Below, piece after piece: positions 59,293 through 64,000 of a stretch of DNA of 64,000 nt. A program made the translations under genes and the position numbers. The DNA lies in NCBI GenBank assembly GCA_963677595.1, contig OY782041.1, positions 640,001 to 704,000 of the forward strand, read 5' to 3'. Position 1 is the first letter of the stretch. Every line of letters starts with the position of its first letter. The notes under the pieces were generated by a model, which worked only from the letters and a program-made list of their open reading frames with translations, was not told where the DNA came from and ran no database searches. The stretch comes from Spirochaetia bacterium (GTDB taxonomy: Bacteria; Spirochaetota; Spirochaetia; CAKZLE01).

Positions 59293-60459
59293 TCACAGGC
59301 GAAAGGTTACATGGGGAGAGAGGTAGGGAGTCGATTTCAGCAGGGTCGTCCCCCCTGAGAGCCCGAATACCTGCTCATACCCTATATCGAGACCGAACTC
59401 ATGGTCACTCGAACCGTACCTGCCGATCCCGGCATGGTAGGATCCCCCACAGGTCCAGTCCGAGTCAGTCCCGGATGAATCCAGGTAGACCCCGAGGCCG
59501 AGATCCGCCCCGATATCGAAGAAGAGGTTGGACCCTGTCTCGAACCGGGCAAGGAAGCCCTGCGTGATCCCGAGGTGGAAGCCTGAAGCCTCGATCGGCC
59601 AGGGGAGCCCGAACGGCGAGTCTGTCCAGCTGAACCCGACATCAACCCCCGCGGCATACTGCATCAGGCCCTGCGGTCTCCTGATGATCACCTTCCCCGA
59701 GAGCCCGGTATACCCCAGGCTCTGGAGCACGCCCAGCCGGAGGGACAACCCGGCATCCCCCTCCTTGGGGAAGAGTGCCAATCCCGCCTGGATCGGCACA
59801 TTGGTATAGTTGATACTGAATTCGGCAGCCTTCGGGAGGCCCTCCTCCGTCTCATAGAGATCACTGATAGTCAGGGCCCCAAGCTCCCTGCCGCCTGAGG
59901 GGTCCAGGATGAGGAAGGTGTCCCCCCTCTCATACCCCTCCTCCCCGGAGAGTGCTGCCGTGATGTATCCGTTGAAGAGGCTCGAGACCAGCAGGAAACC
60001 ATCGCCGGTGATGAAGCGAGAGATTTCATACCCCACGGAAGTCTCATAGAGTTTGAGGCAGCCCAGCAGGGCAGCATCGGCGGTCCCTCCTGTTCCCAGG
60101 CAGGGGAATGAGATGGAACCGGAACCGAGGGTTCCGGAGACATCCCATCGGATGTCCATCCTGATGACCTCGAGCCTGTTGCTGGAGTCATAGGAGTGTT
60201 CGATCGACTCGATCACCGGCTCCAGGATGATGTCGGCATCCTCGAAGGTGGTGATCGGGTAGAGGTATCGCTCCTTCACTGCCTGTATCGTGACCTGGCT
60301 GAACACATAGGCAAGGTCTACCTCCAGGGAGGGGATCTCATCCTCCTCGATGGTGACATCAGCGATAAAGAGCACCGGGGAGGAGGCGGCAACGAGCCCT
60401 GGAAGAGGTGAGACTATAAGGATCAGGCTCAGTAGAGCCCTTGCTGCCCATCTGTACAT
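59293..60459 (-). CDS. Hypothetical exported protein with possible C-terminal beta-barrel
   Basis: Signal peptide; Gly/aromatic amphipathic strands in the last third; ends PHVTFRL. Confidence 0.6.
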   Translation of the reverse strand: MYRWAARALLSLILIVSPLPGLVAASSPVLFIADVTIEEDEIPSLEVDLAYVFSQVTIQAVKERYLYPITTFEDADIILEPVIESIEHSYDSSNRLEVIRMDIRWDVSGTLGSGSISFPCLGTGGTADAALLGCLKLYETSVGYEISRFITGDGFLLVSSLFNGYITAALSGEEGYERGDTFLILDPSGGRELGALTISDLYETEEGLPKAAEFSINYTNVPIQAGLALFPKEGDAGLSLRLGVLQSLGYTGLSGKVIIRRPQGLMQYAAGVDVGFSWTDSPFGLPWPIEASGFHLGITQGFLARFETGSNLFFDIGADLGLGVYLDSSGTDSDWTCGGSYHAGIGRYGSSDHEFGLDIGYEQVFGLSGGTTLLKSTPYLSPHVTFRL

Positions 60460-60462
60460 CGG

Positions 60463-61710
60463 CTACCCTTCCCGGCTCCAGGATCGTATGAGCTCATCGA
60501 TGACCGTGACTGCCGCACTCATCGCCGGGACTGCAGCCCATTCGAGCCGTGAGTGGAAATTGAGCCCGCCGCCGAAGATGTTCGGTGCGGGGATCCCCAT
60601 CTCACTGAGCCGCGAACCGTCAGTCCCTCCCCTGATGGGCTTCATGACCGTCTCGATCCCCAGGGTCTCGAGTGCACCACTCAACTTCTCCATGACGATC
60701 GGGTCCTTCTCGATATACTCCCTCATATTCAGGTACTGCTTGACCGCTTCCATGGTCACGGTCCCTCCCCCGAAGCTCTCCTCGATGACCCGGCAGAGGT
60801 CCTCCAGGAAGGAAACCCTCCTCTTCATGCCGTCTGCATCGAAATCCCGGAGATTCACGATGAGCCTGCAGTGCTCGGCATCGCCCTTGATCTCGTTGGG
60901 GTAGTAGTACCCCTCCCTGCCGTCGGTGGTCTCAGGACTCTCCGACTGCGGGAGCATGCCCATGAACCTGGACGCCATTGTCATCGCATTGATCATCCTG
61001 CCCCGGGCTGCCCCGGGATGGATCATGACGCCGGTGAACTCCAGTTCGACCCGCATGGCATTGAAGCTCTCATACTCGATCTCCCCGAGGCGTCCCCCGT
61101 CCATCGTGTAGCAGCACCGTGCATGGAGCTTCTCCATGGGGAACCCGTCCATCCCGTGGCCGGTCTCCTCGTCAGCGGTGAAGATGAGCTCGATCTCACC
61201 ATGCTCCACCTCGGGATGGCTCATGTAGTAGGAGGCAGCACTCATGATCTCAGCCACACCAGCCTTGTCATCAGCACCGAGCAGGGTGGTCCCGTCGGTC
61301 GTGATCACCGTCTCTCCGACATAGTCGAGCAGGTGGGGGTTCTCGGCCACGGTCAGGACAAGCTCGTCATTGAGCCTGATATCCTTCCCGTCATACTCCC
61401 TGATGAGCTGGGGCTTCACATCCTTACCCGATACATCCGGGGAGGTATCGACATGGGCCATGAACCCGATCGTCGGGGGGACTCTCCCATCCTTCATGGT
61501 CGAGGGGATCCTCGCTATGATGAACCCGTCGGGGGTGATCTCCGTATCTTCGATGCCGAGCCCGGAGAGCTCCTCCATGAGCAGGTTCAGCAGGTCCCAC
61601 TGGCCTGGTGTCGTCGGCTTGGTACCGACATGCTCATCGGAACGGGTATCTATCTTCACATATCGCAGGAATCGCTCTACGACTTCCTGTTCTATCTCAT
61701 CTCTTCTCAT
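60463..61710 (-). CDS. pepT: Peptidase T
   Basis: RFLRYVKIDT, AHVDT, LLGADDKAG, DEE, PIRGGTDG, NFHS motifs. Confidence 0.95.
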   Translation of the reverse strand: MRRDEIEQEVVERFLRYVKIDTRSDEHVGTKPTTPGQWDLLNLLMEELSGLGIEDTEITPDGFIIARIPSTMKDGRVPPTIGFMAHVDTSPDVSGKDVKPQLIREYDGKDIRLNDELVLTVAENPHLLDYVGETVITTDGTTLLGADDKAGVAEIMSAASYYMSHPEVEHGEIELIFTADEETGHGMDGFPMEKLHARCCYTMDGGRLGEIEYESFNAMRVELEFTGVMIHPGAARGRMINAMTMASRFMGMLPQSESPETTDGREGYYYPNEIKGDAEHCRLIVNLRDFDADGMKRRVSFLEDLCRVIEESFGGGTVTMEAVKQYLNMREYIEKDPIVMEKLSGALETLGIETVMKPIRGGTDGSRLSEMGIPAPNIFGGGLNFHSRLEWAAVPAMSAAVTVIDELIRSWSREG

Positions 61711-61712
61711 GT

Positions 61713-63296
61713 TCACAATCTCCTTGTTCCTGTACATCTGTTGTAGTGTTCGAACTCAGGCAGGGTATCATCCGAAAGATGGGTGAACCCCCTGAGCCTC
61801 CGTATCAAGGGAGGGTTCCAGGCCGCTCTTGCTGCCGGCCTCACTCCCATATCCTGCATGATGGGGATGAATGTTTCAAGTCTTTTCTCGAACTCTTCAT
61901 AATCCCCTTCCCCGAGTCCTGCCCACATCCGCTCCGCCATGGCGGTAAGGCGGGGAAATACCTGCCAGTGGAGCCGTTCCTCGGAGTCGACCCACTCTGA
62001 CCACAGGGGTCCCTCGAACCCGATCAGGGATGAACTCACTGATCCCTTCTTCAGCGCCCTCGGCAGCATCCTGAATGATTTCCTCAGGGGCAGTACCGCA
62101 TAGGACTGGTCAAGGTAGCTGTGGAAGTAGTCCGAGGCGATGACGTCCCTGCCGTCTTCCAGGGCCCTGATAACCCGCTTTCGCCTCCGTTTAAGGGGAT
62201 TCCAGTACTGGATGATTGCTGCGGGGTCTTCCCGGCTCCCATCAAGGATCTCGTTCCACCCGATCGGGACCTTCCCGAGACCTTCGAAGATCCTGTAGAC
62301 ATCGGAGAGGAAGAGTTGCTGCAGGTCCTCGACATCCTCCGAGCCGTGCTCCTCCAGATAGCCCCTGCAGACCTCGCAGTCGGACCACTGTCGTCGCGGG
62401 GCCTCATCCCCCCCGATGTGGACCCATCTCGAGGGAAAGAGCCCAGCGATCTCGGTGAATAGACCGTTGAGGAACTCCCGCACCTCTGCAGACCCGGCAC
62501 AGAGGGTGTCGGTAAAGATCCCAAAGGTTCCGGGGACTTCCAGCGGACGCTTATGGCAAGAGAGTTCAGGATAGGCAGCCAGCAGGGCAGAGACATGCCC
62601 AGGTATGTCGATCTCGGGAATCACCTCGATCCCGAGGGAGGCAGCATAGCTGACGATCTGGGTAACATCTTCCTTTGAGTAGTATCCCCGGTAAGTAGTG
62701 CGGTCCCGCTCCTTCGATCGCCTGCCGCCCGTCTGGGTCTCCTTCCGGACAGAACCGATTCCCGTGAGGGCAGGATACCCATCCAGCTGGAGCCGCCATC
62801 CCTGGTCATCGGTGAGATGCCAGTGAAACCGGTTGAGTTTATGGAGGAGCATGGCATCAAGCAGCCGCTTGATCGCTGTAACGGGGAAGAAATGGCGGGA
62901 GCAGTCGAGCATGAACCCCCTCCAGGGGAAACTGCTGCAGTCGACTATCCGCACAGGGATACAGACTTCTGCCTTCAGCATCTGCCTGAAGGTCTGCAGG
63001 GCATAGAGGCAGCTTGTCCCCGACGAGCCGGTGATCAGCAGCTTCGTTTGCGAGAGTTCAAGCCAGTACTTCTCATCAGCTGAAGGGAGTTCTGGATCCA
63101 CAGTGATGGTCACGGCTGCTTCAGCTTGTACCATGGTGATTCCCGGCAGGAGTGATGTCAGCAGGTCGATGATAGCTGCTTCTTCACCTTCAGGGATCCC
63201 GGTGACCTGTACGGTATCGAGCCTGACCTCACCCCAGGGAAGGGGGTGGTCGGAGAGCTGGGTAATCTCTTTGGGCTTCGGGATTATATCATACAC
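61713..63296 (-). CDS. beta-N-acetylhexosaminidase (GH20)
   Basis: WRGFMLDCSRHF, HWHLTDDQGWR, IPEIDIPGH, HIGGDE, WSE motifs; GTG start after GGAGG. Confidence 0.92.
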   Translation of the reverse strand: MYDIIPKPKEITQLSDHPLPWGEVRLDTVQVTGIPEGEEAAIIDLLTSLLPGITMVQAEAAVTITVDPELPSADEKYWLELSQTKLLITGSSGTSCLYALQTFRQMLKAEVCIPVRIVDCSSFPWRGFMLDCSRHFFPVTAIKRLLDAMLLHKLNRFHWHLTDDQGWRLQLDGYPALTGIGSVRKETQTGGRRSKERDRTTYRGYYSKEDVTQIVSYAASLGIEVIPEIDIPGHVSALLAAYPELSCHKRPLEVPGTFGIFTDTLCAGSAEVREFLNGLFTEIAGLFPSRWVHIGGDEAPRRQWSDCEVCRGYLEEHGSEDVEDLQQLFLSDVYRIFEGLGKVPIGWNEILDGSREDPAAIIQYWNPLKRRRKRVIRALEDGRDVIASDYFHSYLDQSYAVLPLRKSFRMLPRALKKGSVSSSLIGFEGPLWSEWVDSEERLHWQVFPRLTAMAERMWAGLGEGDYEEFEKRLETFIPIMQDMGVRPAARAAWNPPLIRRLRGFTHLSDDTLPEFEHYNRCTGTRRL

Positions 63297-63486
63297 CTTG
63301 CGGCCTCCATGCACGTATGCATCATACCATACCGGCGTAAGTTCCGCTATGAGGAAGGAAGACGTGCCGGCCTGCAACTTCTCGAGGTAAAGCAGAATCC
63401 GGGAATTGTCCTGTACCCCCCGAATCTGGTAGACTGTCAGCCATACAAGGGGAATGTGATCCCCATCGGATACGAGGAGTCGATTC

Positions 63487-64000
63487 ATGAAACACATCAT
63501 CATTCTTGCCGACGGAGCAGCAGATCACCCGATCGAGGCATTGGGGGGAAAGACCCCGCTGCAGGCAGCGAATACTCCCAACATCGACGCGCTGTGCGAA
63601 CGGTCCCGGCTCGGCATGCTCGAGACGGTACCGGCTGACATGCCTCCCGGCAGTGAGGTCGCGAACCTCTCTGTCCTCGGGTATGACGTGAGACGGGTAT
63701 ACCAGGGACGCGGGGTCCTCGAGGCTGCCAGCATGGGAGTAGATGTCGCAGATGGTGAGCTCGCTATGCGCTGCAACCTCATCTGCGTCAATGACGGAAA
63801 GATCAAGAACCATTCTGCCGGACATATATCGACTGAAGAAGCCGAAGAACTGATAACAGCATTGAATGAACACTTCGACAATAAGGGATTCTCGTTCTAC
63901 CCGGGAGTGAGCTACCGGCACCTCTTCATCCTTACCGGTGGCAGTGACAGGATCAGCTGCACCCCACCCCATGATGTCCCGGGAACTGCCTGTGCTGATG
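63487..64000 (+). CDS. apgM: Cofactor-independent phosphoglycerate mutase (ApgM type), 3'-truncated
   Basis: Manual translation MKHIIILADGAAD..LGGKTPL..A.TP..D...PGSEVANLSVLGYD...GRGVLEA...RCN; not in the ORF track. Confidence 0.9.
   Translation, partial: MKHIIILADGAADHPIEALGGKTPLQAANTPNIDALCERSRLGMLETVPADMPPGSEVANLSVLGYDVRRVYQGRGVLEAASMGVDVADGELAMRCNLICVNDGKIKNHSAGHISTEEAEELITALNEHFDNKGFSFYPGVSYRHLFILTGGSDRISCTPPHDVPGTACAD

Noticed and set aside
63297-63486. Possible tRNA or riboswitch between GH20 and apgM
   Set aside because: No cloverleaf, T-loop or known riboswitch motif; explained as divergent promoter space

Overview
Bacterial chromosome segment, most likely from a free-living spirochete of the Sphaerochaeta/Spirochaetales type (inferred from MKK...VFA(Q/N)G signal peptides on the binding proteins and from gene content). 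It has three parts. (1) 1-12.7 kb is a myo-inositol catabolism cluster: iolH-like, sugar ABC transporter, iolG, iolD, GntR, iolE, iolI-like and tauE. (2) About 13.0-32.9 kb is a 19.9-kb, mostly AT-richer insert with a second inositol-type dehydrogenase, three Cys-type sulfatases, two TctABC transporters, three esterases, ROK and LacI regulators and a second tauE. The insert carries no integrase. It is bounded by a 318-bp, about 95% identical direct repeat (tauE 3' end plus plsC 3' end), and its left junction is an in-frame lacI'-'plsC chimera, consistent with homology-anchored capture of a relative's allele of the same locus. (3) 32.6-64 kb is GC-rich core: plsC, ABC exporter, DEAD-box helicase, a RloA/RloB-like pair with degenerate catalytic motifs, an isolated manC-wzc-cpsB module, an orphan VapB, ftsK-uppP-rsmG-mnmG-mnmE, IMPase-nfo-GDPD, three uncharacterised envelope proteins, pepT, a GH20 hexosaminidase and partial apgM. 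No rRNA, tRNA, CRISPR array or intact transposase was seen. All family calls come from motifs recognised by eye; no searches were run.
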